Source of the DNA: a virus
Strand: one strand, 5' to 3'
Length of the DNA: 64,000 nt
Virus record (IMG/VR): IMGVR_UViG_3300045988_159115
Under the pieces are notes generated by a model that was not told the DNA's origin, made no database searches, and saw only the letters and a list, made by a program, of their open reading frames with translations. Of this stretch, positions 54,691-63,657 are shown in pieces. The position numbers and the translations under genes are program-made. Each line of letters opens with the position of its first letter. Position 1 is the stretch's first letter.

Positions 54691-55617
54691 TTACAGAACG
54701 CGAAGGATATTGACAGGATGCTCGTAGTCGATTTTGTCGGCATCGACTCCCTCATTAAAGGATTCGATGAGAAGGGTGACCTCTTTATCGTTCTTATCAA
54801 AGAACCGGATGAAGTTCTGAGTGTAACTCTTACCAGTACTTGCGATAGTCACTGCTTCGTTGTACTGCATCAGTCCACTCACGTTCCAGATAGAGAAAGC
54901 ATCTATCACTTCTTTTAAAGTATAGAAATGATAGCAGCCGAGTCTGGAATAGCGCTCAGGATCAATGTGGCCATATGCTGTCCGCATCATCTTGTTATCA
55001 CTGATCTGGCTTTTATTCAGTTCCAGCTGGAGCATGATGCGCTGCTGACCACCAGTGATTAAGTACATGCAGTGAAGGATATCAACGGGCTTCAGGACCG
55101 TATGAATGATGCCAGGCATCAGAGTAGGTTCCTCTTTATCCATCGGATCAATGACGAACGGGGATAGCGGATGAATCTTATACTCCGTACGGTCTTCACT
55201 TACTTCTTCACTGGTGATAAGAATATCACCGATGAGAAATTCGGGTTTCACAGACACATAATCCATGAGGTCATTGAAGGTTTTGAAATGATCGCCACCA
55301 GCAAAGATCATGTACGGCTTCCGAGATTCAGCCACGGATTCATAATCATCTGTGATATAGAAGAAGTTCAGGAAAGCAATCGCCTCTTCGAAGCTTCCGA
55401 AACTCAAGTCGATGATTCGTCTGCAGATGTCATCAGCGATGCCAGATTGTACAGCGCTCATATCATTCGTGTGGTGATCAACGATCTTCCCATCGTGCCT
55501 GAGATAATACTTGGAGACTCCGGGAATCTTATAATATACAAAGTCTCCATAGCCGCTTTTACCAACAAAGAATTCGCATTCTTGATTGGTAATTTTTTCT
55601 TTCATAAATTCGTCCAT
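54691..55617 (-). CDS. Hypothetical protein (308 aa)
   Basis: ATG 55617 lies 8 nt after GAGGTG. The track start is GTG 55632. Confidence 0.6.
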   Translation of the reverse strand: MDEFMKEKITNQECEFFVGKSGYGDFVYYKIPGVSKYYLRHDGKIVDHHTNDMSAVQSGIADDICRRIIDLSFGSFEEAIAFLNFFYITDDYESVAESRKPYMIFAGGDHFKTFNDLMDYVSVKPEFLIGDILITSEEVSEDRTEYKIHPLSPFVIDPMDKEEPTLMPGIIHTVLKPVDILHCMYLITGGQQRIMLQLELNKSQISDNKMMRTAYGHIDPERYSRLGCYHFYTLKEVIDAFSIWNVSGLMQYNEAVTIASTGKSYTQNFIRFFDKNDKEVTLLIESFNEGVDADKIDYEHPVNILRVL

Positions 55618-55628
55618 AGCATCACACC

Positions 55629-56558
55629 TCACTCATTGAAGAGACCAAAACGATTCTGGAGCATGTCGGGATCGAGCTGATGGGGCTCATAAAGATCAAT
55701 GAAGGTACGATCGGTGTACCAAGAAGGAATATAGCCGAACACCATGAAGTCATCAACAAAGTCTTTGTCTTTGGAGACAGTAACACGGAGGACGCTGACG
55801 CTGCAATCTTCATCGGAAGTCTTCGTGATATTCTCTTTATATGTCATCGTACTGGTCACGAGTCCTTTTTCGGAAGCGATGAAAGCCTGCTCCGCATTCA
55901 TGACTGCTGCCATATCTTCGAATTGATAATCAGCAAGCCAGAAAATGTGATCAGCATCAATGATGTGCTTCACAGTATCGGTCATCGGAACCGATTCTTT
56001 GCTGCCCTTCACATGAGAATATTTGATGACGTCCTGAACCATAACAGCTGTGCTGGAATTCTCATCAGGATTGAGATATTGGGGATAGACGATGATACTG
56101 TCGGTGATTTCCTTGTAATCACCAGAGAACGGATGATCAGGAATGAAGTCTTCATGCAGATATTCGTTGCCCTTGTCATAGATTTCAAACTTAGTCAAAG
56201 GCACAGGAGTATAGAGATCACGCTTATCCTCATCTGCATGGCCCACGTTCTTAAGGAGAATCACCTTTTCGGATTCTGGGTACTTGACGTTGATAATGTG
56301 AGCATAGAGCTCATTGGAATCCGAAAGCCCAGGCTCAACCATATAGGTCATATTGTCGTTTGTATCCGGATAGATGTTGAATGCTTCGAAGAATGCTCGT
56401 GCTTCGAGCTCATCCTTGAAATAGAGATCGAGAAGATCTTTGATGGGCTCATCAGGGTTGCTGGCCTCATAGATATAATCACCTTTAATGATGTAATTCT
56501 CTGCACCATTAATGACGATTTGACCATCCTTCTCGATAAAGCAATTCGGGTTTCTCAT
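55629..56558 (-). CDS. Hypothetical protein (309 aa)
   Basis: TAGGAGGT SD. Downstream of promoter motif 56615-56622. Confidence 0.65.
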   Translation of the reverse strand: MRNPNCFIEKDGQIVINGAENYIIKGDYIYEASNPDEPIKDLLDLYFKDELEARAFFEAFNIYPDTNDNMTYMVEPGLSDSNELYAHIINVKYPESEKVILLKNVGHADEDKRDLYTPVPLTKFEIYDKGNEYLHEDFIPDHPFSGDYKEITDSIIVYPQYLNPDENSSTAVMVQDVIKYSHVKGSKESVPMTDTVKHIIDADHIFWLADYQFEDMAAVMNAEQAFIASEKGLVTSTMTYKENITKTSDEDCSVSVLRVTVSKDKDFVDDFMVFGYIPSWYTDRTFIDLYEPHQLDPDMLQNRFGLFNE

Positions 56559-56614
56559 ACTTTAACCTCCTAAATTTTTTGATAGCTACTCGAGTTTCGC
56601 TATCATTCTATTAT

Positions 56615-56622
56615 ATAATATA
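56615..56622 (-). promoter_or_regulatory. Phage promoter-like motif TATATTAT(A)
   Basis: The minus strand reads CAGTTATATATTATATAATAG. Abuts the terminator at 56624-56672 and lies 57 nt before ATG 56558. Confidence 0.55.
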
Positions 56623-56623
56623 T

Positions 56624-56672
56624 AACTGAGATAGCAGAAGAAAAATTTTAGAATCTTCGTACTATCTCAGTT
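56624..56672 (-). terminator. Rho-independent terminator
   Basis: AACTGAGATAG pairs with CTATCTCAGTT. Confidence 0.65.
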
Positions 56673-56682
56673 ATGATATTCA

Positions 56683-57912
56683 TCAAACAAAAATTGCGTT
56701 ATTCCTAGAATCAATAAAGCGAGTGTGATAAATCATAGTACCTGTGTGAGGAATCCTCTCAACCAGAACCATATAGTTCCATACGATATGCTTCTTATAG
56801 TTGGATACCACCCAGATAGCGTTCCGAATATGTCGAGGATCCTCATCAGGATATTCTGTATCATGAAGAGAGGATTCGATTACGTCATAGTCTTCTCCAA
56901 GATATTCTTTTACGACAGCCTTGAACGTCTCGAAGCTGGAGAATGGATACTGGGTAATAGAAATTTCCTCAGAGTATTCTTTGTTGGAAACCTCTGTACC
57001 GACAGGAATATCATCGCCATACACATCTTTAATCTGATAAATATTATGCCATTTATCAGAAACGATATTTGTGATAGGATCAAGGACCCTGTGCTTCTTC
57101 GGAATAACACTCTTTGCGATAGGATACTTTGTCTCGCAGATGGGATAGGTGTGATACAGTTCCCCATCACTCATCACGTAAATACCAGTAACGGTGAACG
57201 GCGTGTATTTGCAGAATCCATCAAATGCACCAGTGAAGAGATTTGTGGATTCATTGACGTTGATCGCTCGGCAATTGTGACCGTTAAAGAGATAATTATC
57301 GTTCCTTAACTTTGATGTGCTACGTCCGACGAGAAAACAAATTACTTTTGCAGCATTCTCATATGATGTGAATGTCATCTGATGAATGGAATCAATGAAT
57401 CTCCATGAACCACTCTTGGACACTCGGAAGATATCGTTTGCACCAAAGGAGCAATAATATCCATCGGTATTTCCGTTGATAAGGATTCCTTTTCGATGAG
57501 GTTTCGTTCCCTCAATATCGGTATCCCTTCGCATGAACATGATGAAGTATCCGCTTCGATCATCCCCAATAATATGAGCAGTGAATTCAAGATCACCGTC
57601 TTCATATAGATAGTGCCCTTTCTCGACACTAAAAAAGTCATGTGGATTTCGATCTGTTCTTAATTCACTTGCGAAATGAACAGCAAACCGACGAATTGCA
57701 AGATCACATTCGTCTTTTGATTCGAATATCATATCCTCAAAAGGATTATATTCTGTGATAGGATTCTCGAGATCAGGTTTTTCATCATTACCGGATTCTT
57801 CACTGAATCCGTCTTCTTTGTATTGAAGAGATAAGATATTTCCCCAATTATCTCGTTTAAATTTCAAATGCGGGGTTACTGGTTCCAATATAATCTTTTC
57901 TTCAGCAACCAT
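56683..57912 (-). CDS. Hypothetical protein (409 aa)
   Basis: TAGGAGGT SD. Terminator at 56624-56672. Confidence 0.65.
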   Translation of the reverse strand: MVAEEKIILEPVTPHLKFKRDNWGNILSLQYKEDGFSEESGNDEKPDLENPITEYNPFEDMIFESKDECDLAIRRFAVHFASELRTDRNPHDFFSVEKGHYLYEDGDLEFTAHIIGDDRSGYFIMFMRRDTDIEGTKPHRKGILINGNTDGYYCSFGANDIFRVSKSGSWRFIDSIHQMTFTSYENAAKVICFLVGRSTSKLRNDNYLFNGHNCRAINVNESTNLFTGAFDGFCKYTPFTVTGIYVMSDGELYHTYPICETKYPIAKSVIPKKHRVLDPITNIVSDKWHNIYQIKDVYGDDIPVGTEVSNKEYSEEISITQYPFSSFETFKAVVKEYLGEDYDVIESSLHDTEYPDEDPRHIRNAIWVVSNYKKHIVWNYMVLVERIPHTGTMIYHTRFIDSRNNAIFV

Positions 57913-57937
57913 TATTTTTTACCTCCTATTTGGAAAA

Positions 57938-57945
57938 ATAATATA
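57938..57945 (-). promoter_or_regulatory. Degenerate copy of the motif (TATATTATT)
   Basis: The minus strand reads CTTATTTATATTATTTTTCC. Only 26 nt before ATG 57912, and it deviates from the consensus flanks. Confidence 0.3.
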
Positions 57946-58036
57946 AATAAGTGTCGGTTGTCAAATAATAAGCGAGAGCTTTATACAAACGACAAGTTAG
58001 TAATGCTTTATTTTAATACTGAAAGGAGTTATACTC

Positions 58037-59371
58037 ATGGATTATGTATCTATGAAGATGTCAATCTATGAAAACTATGCAAATGGTAAGCTGACACAGG
58101 AAAACGCTCGTCAGCTGATTGGCGTCTTGAATAGTAACTACGGCAACACCCTCGTACAAGAGATGGTGGACGCTGAGAATGAGTTTATGATGAACAGCGT
58201 CCACGCCGCATATGAAAGTTCTGGCGTAGACGCTCTTTATGAAGCAAGTGAAACATTTGGCCAGAAGGTTGCTAAGATCTGGGAAAATTTCAAGAAGTGG
58301 ATCAAAGGTATCATTGATGCCATTCTTGGTCGTAAGAAGGAAGTTCCTGATAATTCTAAGGTGACTGTGAAGAAGGGCCTTCCGAAAGCAATGGATGATC
58401 TTCTTACACAGGTAAAGAAGCTTAAGAGCGCAAAGGGTACTGTTGCAATTGGCGCAGCAGTTGCCGGTGTTATTGGAGCGACAGCTGTTGTTAAGAAGCT
58501 GAAAGGCAAGCCTTCTAAAGGCGACGCTACTGAAGAGATTAATGCAGCAGCGTTAGCTAATAAAGCAGAAGACGTTGCTAAAAATGCAGCAGACCCGCCT
58601 AAAGTTGAAACTCCGCCTGCTGCTCCTCAAGGCCAATCTTCGGAACAAAAAAAAACAACCGATCCGAAGTCTGGAGAAGATCAGGTAACGCCTTCTAAGA
58701 TCATTAGTTCTGTTACAGGCGCAGCAAATGTTGCTGACGACGTTAGTAAACAGGCCACCGCATCTTCTCCTGAGCATACTGAAAGCTCAACTGATCTTAA
58801 GAAGCTTTTTGTTAAATTTAATAAAAATGGTGGTCTTTACGATCTAGATGATGATGCAAAATATCTTGGGAGGCTGAGCTATAGTGCTCTAAAGACATAT
58901 GCTGACTATGATCCTGAAAACAAGATATATTGTAATAAAACCAGAAAGACCGCCCAAAACATTATTGATGGCTACATACGTAATTGCGGTGGTGAACCTT
59001 ATACAAACCCTATAAACGATTATCGCAAAGAGTATCATGACATTCTTTATCAAGAATATCCGGATACTCCTGAAGGTGACGAAAAGCTTCGTTCAGATCT
59101 CGTTGGCCGTAATGGAAAAATAATGTCAATTATGAAAGATTTGGAGGCTAGGTATAATAAAGTAAATTCTCAGGTTAGTGAGCGTAATCTGGAGAACTAC
59201 AAGCGCCTCTACATACCAGACTGGTCCACACAAGCTGCTACTGCTACTGCTGGAGTTTATGTTAACTGCCGAGATCTTGTATTCCATATTAGTGGATTCT
59301 GGTATGCTCTTGAAGGTAGATGCCACAAAACACCCTACAATGCGAATGGAATTTATTTTATAAAAAAATAA
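58037..59371 (+). CDS. Hypothetical protein (444 aa), paralog A
   Basis: AAAGGAG SD. N-terminal SIYENYANGKLTQENARQLI and QKVAKIWENFKKWIKG match the next gene. Confidence 0.65.
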   Translation: MDYVSMKMSIYENYANGKLTQENARQLIGVLNSNYGNTLVQEMVDAENEFMMNSVHAAYESSGVDALYEASETFGQKVAKIWENFKKWIKGIIDAILGRKKEVPDNSKVTVKKGLPKAMDDLLTQVKKLKSAKGTVAIGAAVAGVIGATAVVKKLKGKPSKGDATEEINAAALANKAEDVAKNAADPPKVETPPAAPQGQSSEQKKTTDPKSGEDQVTPSKIISSVTGAANVADDVSKQATASSPEHTESSTDLKKLFVKFNKNGGLYDLDDDAKYLGRLSYSALKTYADYDPENKIYCNKTRKTAQNIIDGYIRNCGGEPYTNPINDYRKEYHDILYQEYPDTPEGDEKLRSDLVGRNGKIMSIMKDLEARYNKVNSQVSERNLENYKRLYIPDWSTQAATATAGVYVNCRDLVFHISGFWYALEGRCHKTPYNANGIYFIKK

Positions 59372-59394
59372 AAAACGAAAGGAATGTGATCTAA

Positions 59395-60639
59395 ATGAAT
59401 ACTGATCTCAGGTTATTCATTTATGAGCAGTATGGAAATGGTCAAATTGATCGTGATACTGCTCGTGCACTTATTTCCAGAATTTCTGGACCCGAATATT
59501 ACGAGCGAGCATATCTGAATGCAATGGCTGAAATTGATACAGCCGAATCTGCATTCATGGAATCTGCTCTTGACTATGCGAACGGATATGCTGACCAGTT
59601 TACCTTTGAGGCTCAAGCGGAAACTCTTAGTCAGAAGATCGGCAATGCTTGGAAAACCTTTAAGAAGTGGGTTTCTGAGATGTGGGATAAGCTTCTTAAA
59701 TTCCTTGGTATTCGTAAGACTGAGGACGATAAAATCGGAATGGAAAAGAAGCATTTTGATCTTCTTGGTACAATTGATAAGGGACTCAAGAGTGCTTTGT
59801 CTCATATCACAAAGAACGATAAAGACTTTAAGAAAGTCAGTGATGATAAGAAAGGCGAGATTGAGTCCACTCTTGATGATAATCCTGGCTTCATTGAACT
59901 TCTCAAGATCGCCGCTCTCATTGGCGCCGTCAAGTTTACTTCTTATAAAAAGAAGAAAAAGAACTTAAGAGATATCGGCCACGATATTGTGTGGGTCACA
60001 CGTGATAAGATCTACAGCACGTGCGATTCGATCAAGGATACTGTAGATAAACTTCTTGTCACAGCAGATAGCTGGGATGGTAAGTTTGCATCAAAGCTGT
60101 CTACAGTTCTTCATAAAATTCTTGGTTGGATTTCAAAGCTTCCCTCGGCATTTACTATCCCTGAGGAAGTCGTTAATGGCGACGAATTTAAGGGTATTAC
60201 CGACGCAAAGAAGTTTGCTACTCTTATCAATGCATCCAATAAGAGTGATAATATCAGTAGTCTTGATTTTGCGAATCATTATAGCATTAATACAAGTATG
60301 AACAGTATCATTGATATGGTCATTGCTTCTATCAAACGGGATACAACCTTTAAGGAAGCAGACAAGATGGTGGAGCTCACTCGCAGATATGCGCGACTTG
60401 ATATTTTCTCAAGAGGATTTGAAGCAAGTTCTATGGATCGTGATGTCAATGAGCACATCAATGGTAAGGGAATTCCGGATGAGTCTGCTATCAAACAAGC
60501 GATGTATTTGCTTGATTGTAATTTCTGTAAGAAGCGCTACAATCAGGTGAAACATCTGTATCAGCGTGTTGCTGAGAATGGTGGTAAGTTTGCAGAAGAT
60601 CCTACTAAGAACAAAGACGCAGACGAATCAAAGTCTTAA
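59395..60639 (+). CDS. Hypothetical protein (414 aa), paralog B
   Basis: GAAAGGA SD. Contains FIYEQYGNGQIDRDTARALI and QKIGNAWKTFKKWVSE. Confidence 0.65.
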   Translation: MNTDLRLFIYEQYGNGQIDRDTARALISRISGPEYYERAYLNAMAEIDTAESAFMESALDYANGYADQFTFEAQAETLSQKIGNAWKTFKKWVSEMWDKLLKFLGIRKTEDDKIGMEKKHFDLLGTIDKGLKSALSHITKNDKDFKKVSDDKKGEIESTLDDNPGFIELLKIAALIGAVKFTSYKKKKKNLRDIGHDIVWVTRDKIYSTCDSIKDTVDKLLVTADSWDGKFASKLSTVLHKILGWISKLPSAFTIPEEVVNGDEFKGITDAKKFATLINASNKSDNISSLDFANHYSINTSMNSIIDMVIASIKRDTTFKEADKMVELTRRYARLDIFSRGFEASSMDRDVNEHINGKGIPDESAIKQAMYLLDCNFCKKRYNQVKHLYQRVAENGGKFAEDPTKNKDADESKS

Positions 60640-60650
60640 CTATGCATAAA

Positions 60651-60697
60651 AAGAATCTGGATATGATAGACGATTATGTTATCATATCCAGATTCTT
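60651..60697. terminator. Bidirectional terminator ending the radical-SAM operon
   Basis: AAGAATCTGGATATGATA pairs with TATCATATCCAGATTCTT, 18 bp. Confidence 0.8.
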
Positions 60698-60700
60698 TAT

Positions 60701-62038
60701 TTATTCTTTTGCGAAAGCTTCCTTTTCAAGAGCGAAAAGGTTGTCAGCTTCTTCTTTGCCGACGAATTCTACCGTTTCATCATACGGAAGATAGATTTTC
60801 TTTGCAGGCATATCATGGAGCTTCAAATGCCGCTGGTTGTAGTAATAGCAAATTGCTAAAACCCGTCCCTTATGAGCATTACAGATATTGGTTGATCTCT
60901 TGTTTGGAGTGCCATACATCTCATAGTTATCACCAGAGCACCATGCGCACCCACCGGCAACAGGACAAGTTAAACACTTTTCAGGTGATTGACTTGTCTT
61001 AGTGATTGCCTCAAGTTCATTCTTCAAAGCAATCGTTCTTTCGGTATTATAGATACCATTAAAGCAATCACCAATACACATCTTCTCTGCAAGTTTATTT
61101 CCTACAGAGATAGGTGCATATCGAAGACAAGGATAGCATTTACCATCTGGTGCAAACATGAGCATTTTACCTGTTCCACCACACCAGTTATTATCGTTAT
61201 CGGACGGCTCACCGGTATCTTCACCATCAAGAATTGATACGAAAGTATCATCTCCGATATCAATGAGAATATCAGCAAGCTTCTTTAACTCGAAATAAAT
61301 ATCCCGAGCATCCGAAATCGTGTATACCGGCTCAAACGCATAGTTACACATGATATCGACACAACCAAGATCATGCATGAACTTTACGCTCTGTGAAAGA
61401 TACTTCGTTGAACCGGGAGTGAACGTCATCTTTGTTCCAGTGACACCATAACGATCACGGATATTGATAAAAGCTTTCAGTGCTTTTTCAAATGAACCAT
61501 TTCCGTACTGGTCAATACGGTATTTATCATGAAGTTCCTGAATACCATCAATCGAAACTGACGGAGAGATAATCTCATGATACTTCTCCATAAGATGCTG
61601 GGTCTCTGGAGTAAACCAGAGCTGGCCATTTGTTGCGAACGATACACGGCTGAATTCAATCAGTTCAGTATATCCACGTCGTGCTGCGGTGATCATGAAA
61701 TAGTCAATGATCTCTTCCATTAACTTTGCTTCCAAAAGAGGCTCGCCTCCAATGAAATCAAAAATAATGGCTTTTGTATCATGGCTGATCACCATATTCG
61801 GATCATTCTTCTCATACATGTCAAGCACAGCATCGACGCATTTCTTTGCTGTATAAATGCTCATAGAACCATCACACTTATTGTGCTCATAGCAATAAGA
61901 GCATCTTAAATTACATTGGTTGGTGACTTGAAATGTCACCGATCTTGCGATAGGTCCTTTTGCAGATTTTCTATATCTGCTATAAAGTCGAGAGATAACG
62001 TCGTGATAACCGACGTCATGCCGTCTTACTCCTGCCAT
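60701..62038 (-). CDS. Radical SAM enzyme with C-terminal SPASM-type domain (anSME / peptide-maturase family)
   Basis: CNLRCSYCY (CxxxCxxC), GGEPLL, then CGGTGKMLMFAPDGKCYPC and CLTCPVAGGCAWCSG...NICNAH auxiliary-cluster cysteines. GAGGTGA SD. Start overlaps the upstream gene by 13 nt. Confidence 0.8.
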   Translation of the reverse strand: MAGVRRHDVGYHDVISRLYSRYRKSAKGPIARSVTFQVTNQCNLRCSYCYEHNKCDGSMSIYTAKKCVDAVLDMYEKNDPNMVISHDTKAIIFDFIGGEPLLEAKLMEEIIDYFMITAARRGYTELIEFSRVSFATNGQLWFTPETQHLMEKYHEIISPSVSIDGIQELHDKYRIDQYGNGSFEKALKAFINIRDRYGVTGTKMTFTPGSTKYLSQSVKFMHDLGCVDIMCNYAFEPVYTISDARDIYFELKKLADILIDIGDDTFVSILDGEDTGEPSDNDNNWCGGTGKMLMFAPDGKCYPCLRYAPISVGNKLAEKMCIGDCFNGIYNTERTIALKNELEAITKTSQSPEKCLTCPVAGGCAWCSGDNYEMYGTPNKRSTNICNAHKGRVLAICYYYNQRHLKLHDMPAKKIYLPYDETVEFVGKEEADNLFALEKEAFAKE

Positions 62039-62328
62039 GTGAATGTCACCTCATCAGTGATAAAATCAAAGTTTGCCATCATATCATGCGGACGATTGGG
62101 GAAGTACTTCCCAATTACCTCACTCTGAACGAGATTAAAATCAATATCTGCTTTATAGAAGTCATTTTTGACAGCTTCTAAGACTTCTTTCGCATCTGAA
62201 TTATTTGCACCATTCAGCTGACGAGTGAGAATATTGATTAAATTCTCCATGGCTTTTCGAGTATAAAAACGGCTCTCCACAGCTGTCATTTCTTCAGCTG
62301 GGATCTCGACCATCATCTTCTTTTCCAT
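62026..62328 (-). CDS. Hypothetical 100-aa protein in the radical-SAM operon
   Basis: ATG with a GAGGA SD. Overlaps the upstream gene by 35 nt and the rSAM start by 13 nt. Confidence 0.6.
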   Translation of the reverse strand: MEKKMMVEIPAEEMTAVESRFYTRKAMENLINILTRQLNGANNSDAKEVLEAVKNDFYKADIDFNLVQSEVIGKYFPNRPHDMMANFDFITDEVTFTWQE

Positions 62329-62944
62329 AGCAAATCCTCAAACTTATGCCGTCGTAGTGAATCGTTTTCAGCTCTTCGAACTGATCGCGTAATTCAATAC
62401 TACGCTCAAGGCATTTTACAAAATATGTGAAATTGAAATAGTCGTCTTCACTCTCTGTATTTAACGTGAACTGAAGACGAACGACAACAGCAGAGCAAAT
62501 GATGTATTGAGCCCATACGATTTCTCGAATCGTAGGTTCGATCTCCAAGAATTTTTCAATGGGAGTATCATCATTCACGATGAGTTTTGAATAGTGGACA
62601 TCGAAGCAGAAAGAATAGATTGCGAGAGCATAACTATACATCTGCTTTTCGATATCAGTCAGATCAATTGTATCAAGCACCTCATTAATGACGTCAATTG
62701 CGTGAGTACAAATCTGAAGATGCTTTGAAAAATCTTCGCAAAGTCCTTTATTCTTGAAAATCGTAAAGTAACAAAGGACGTTGAAAAATCTCGGAGTTTT
62801 CTGATCAGGAGGGCAAAAGCGATCAAGCTCTTCCTTAAATTCTTCTTTTGTGAATTCTTGATCTGTCACAAGAGCTAAAAGGCATTTGTGCACAGCATAG
62901 GTTAAATTATATTTGTCCATTCGAGGAATAATTCGTTCTTCCAT
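62294..62944 (-). CDS. Hypothetical 216-aa helical protein in the radical-SAM operon
   Basis: GGAGGTG SD. Begins 19 nt after the stop of the Cys-rich gene. Confidence 0.65.
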   Translation of the reverse strand: MEERIIPRMDKYNLTYAVHKCLLALVTDQEFTKEEFKEELDRFCPPDQKTPRFFNVLCYFTIFKNKGLCEDFSKHLQICTHAIDVINEVLDTIDLTDIEKQMYSYALAIYSFCFDVHYSKLIVNDDTPIEKFLEIEPTIREIVWAQYIICSAVVVRLQFTLNTESEDDYFNFTYFVKCLERSIELRDQFEELKTIHYDGISLRICYGKEDDGRDPS

Positions 62945-62963
62945 GTGCTAACACCTCCACTCC

Positions 62964-63653
62964 TTAAAACTTAATGTTGCCACAGAAGTTATCGCAGTCA
63001 TTACTGCAAGCAGCTTCATCATTGCAATGAACGGAACAGGTGCCAGAGCAGTCACTGTCCCAGCATTGACTGGAGCAAGTGGTACCGCAACTGTCACAAC
63101 CATTACAGTCACCATCGCAACCGAAGCAGCCACCAGAACAGCTGTTTGAGCACACACCACCGCACGAACCAGAGCACGAACCAGAGCAAGTATTCTTACA
63201 TGTATTATTGCATGTACCAGAGCAGCTTCCGCTACACGTGTTTGTACAGTTACCTGTACACGTGCCTTTGCAGTTCGTATAGCATCCAGAGCTACAGAGA
63301 CCGCTACAAGACGACTTGCAGCCGGTATCTGAACTTGTAACACCTTTACTTGAAAGCGTTGCTACTTTACTTGCAGCGGTTGTTAAAGTACTTGCAGTTA
63401 CTTTCGCGCCATTACCAGGAGTAATCCTGCTACCAGTAACAGCATCGAGAGGCTGCGTAATCTTTATGATGTGCTCCTGAAGAATCTTGCCACCAGTAGC
63501 AGGATTCGTAGAGTAGTTATAATTTGATCCATTGTAACCGCTCATACTACCAGTACTTCTAGAATTACTCCGGCGATTGATTTCATTCTTCACCAGATTT
63601 TTCAAAGAGGTGAAGTCCGACGCCGTAATTTTATTTCCTTTACCTGCGCTCAT
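62964..63653 (-). CDS. Cys-ladder protein: Cys-free N-terminal domain (111 aa) plus 29-Cys C-terminal region
   Basis: AAAGGGGTGA SD. Residues 112-225 hold 29 Cys. The first 17 are spaced exactly C-x3-C, with S/G/T/N between them. The protein ends in GNIKF. Confidence 0.75.
   Translation of the reverse strand: MSAGKGNKITASDFTSLKNLVKNEINRRSNSRSTGSMSGYNGSNYNYSTNPATGGKILQEHIIKITQPLDAVTGSRITPGNGAKVTASTLTTAASKVATLSSKGVTSSDTGCKSSCSGLCSSGCYTNCKGTCTGNCTNTCSGSCSGTCNNTCKNTCSGSCSGSCGGVCSNSCSGGCFGCDGDCNGCDSCGTTCSSQCWDSDCSGTCSVHCNDEAACSNDCDNFCGNIKF
62967..63320 (-). repeat. Coding cysteine ladder (29 Cys, mostly C-x3-C)
   Basis: Counted from the translation. At the DNA level only one 12-nt tandem duplication (CSGSCSGSC) is obvious. 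Confidence 0.8.
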
Positions 63654-63657
63654 AATA

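Noticed and set aside
62948-63343. Alternative-frame ORFs across the cysteine-ladder region: 62948-63343 minus, 63079-63282 plus and 63146-63340 plus.
   Set aside because: They are artefacts of the periodic TGY-rich sequence. They have no SD, and only the 62964-63653 frame is coupled to its neighbours and has an SD.
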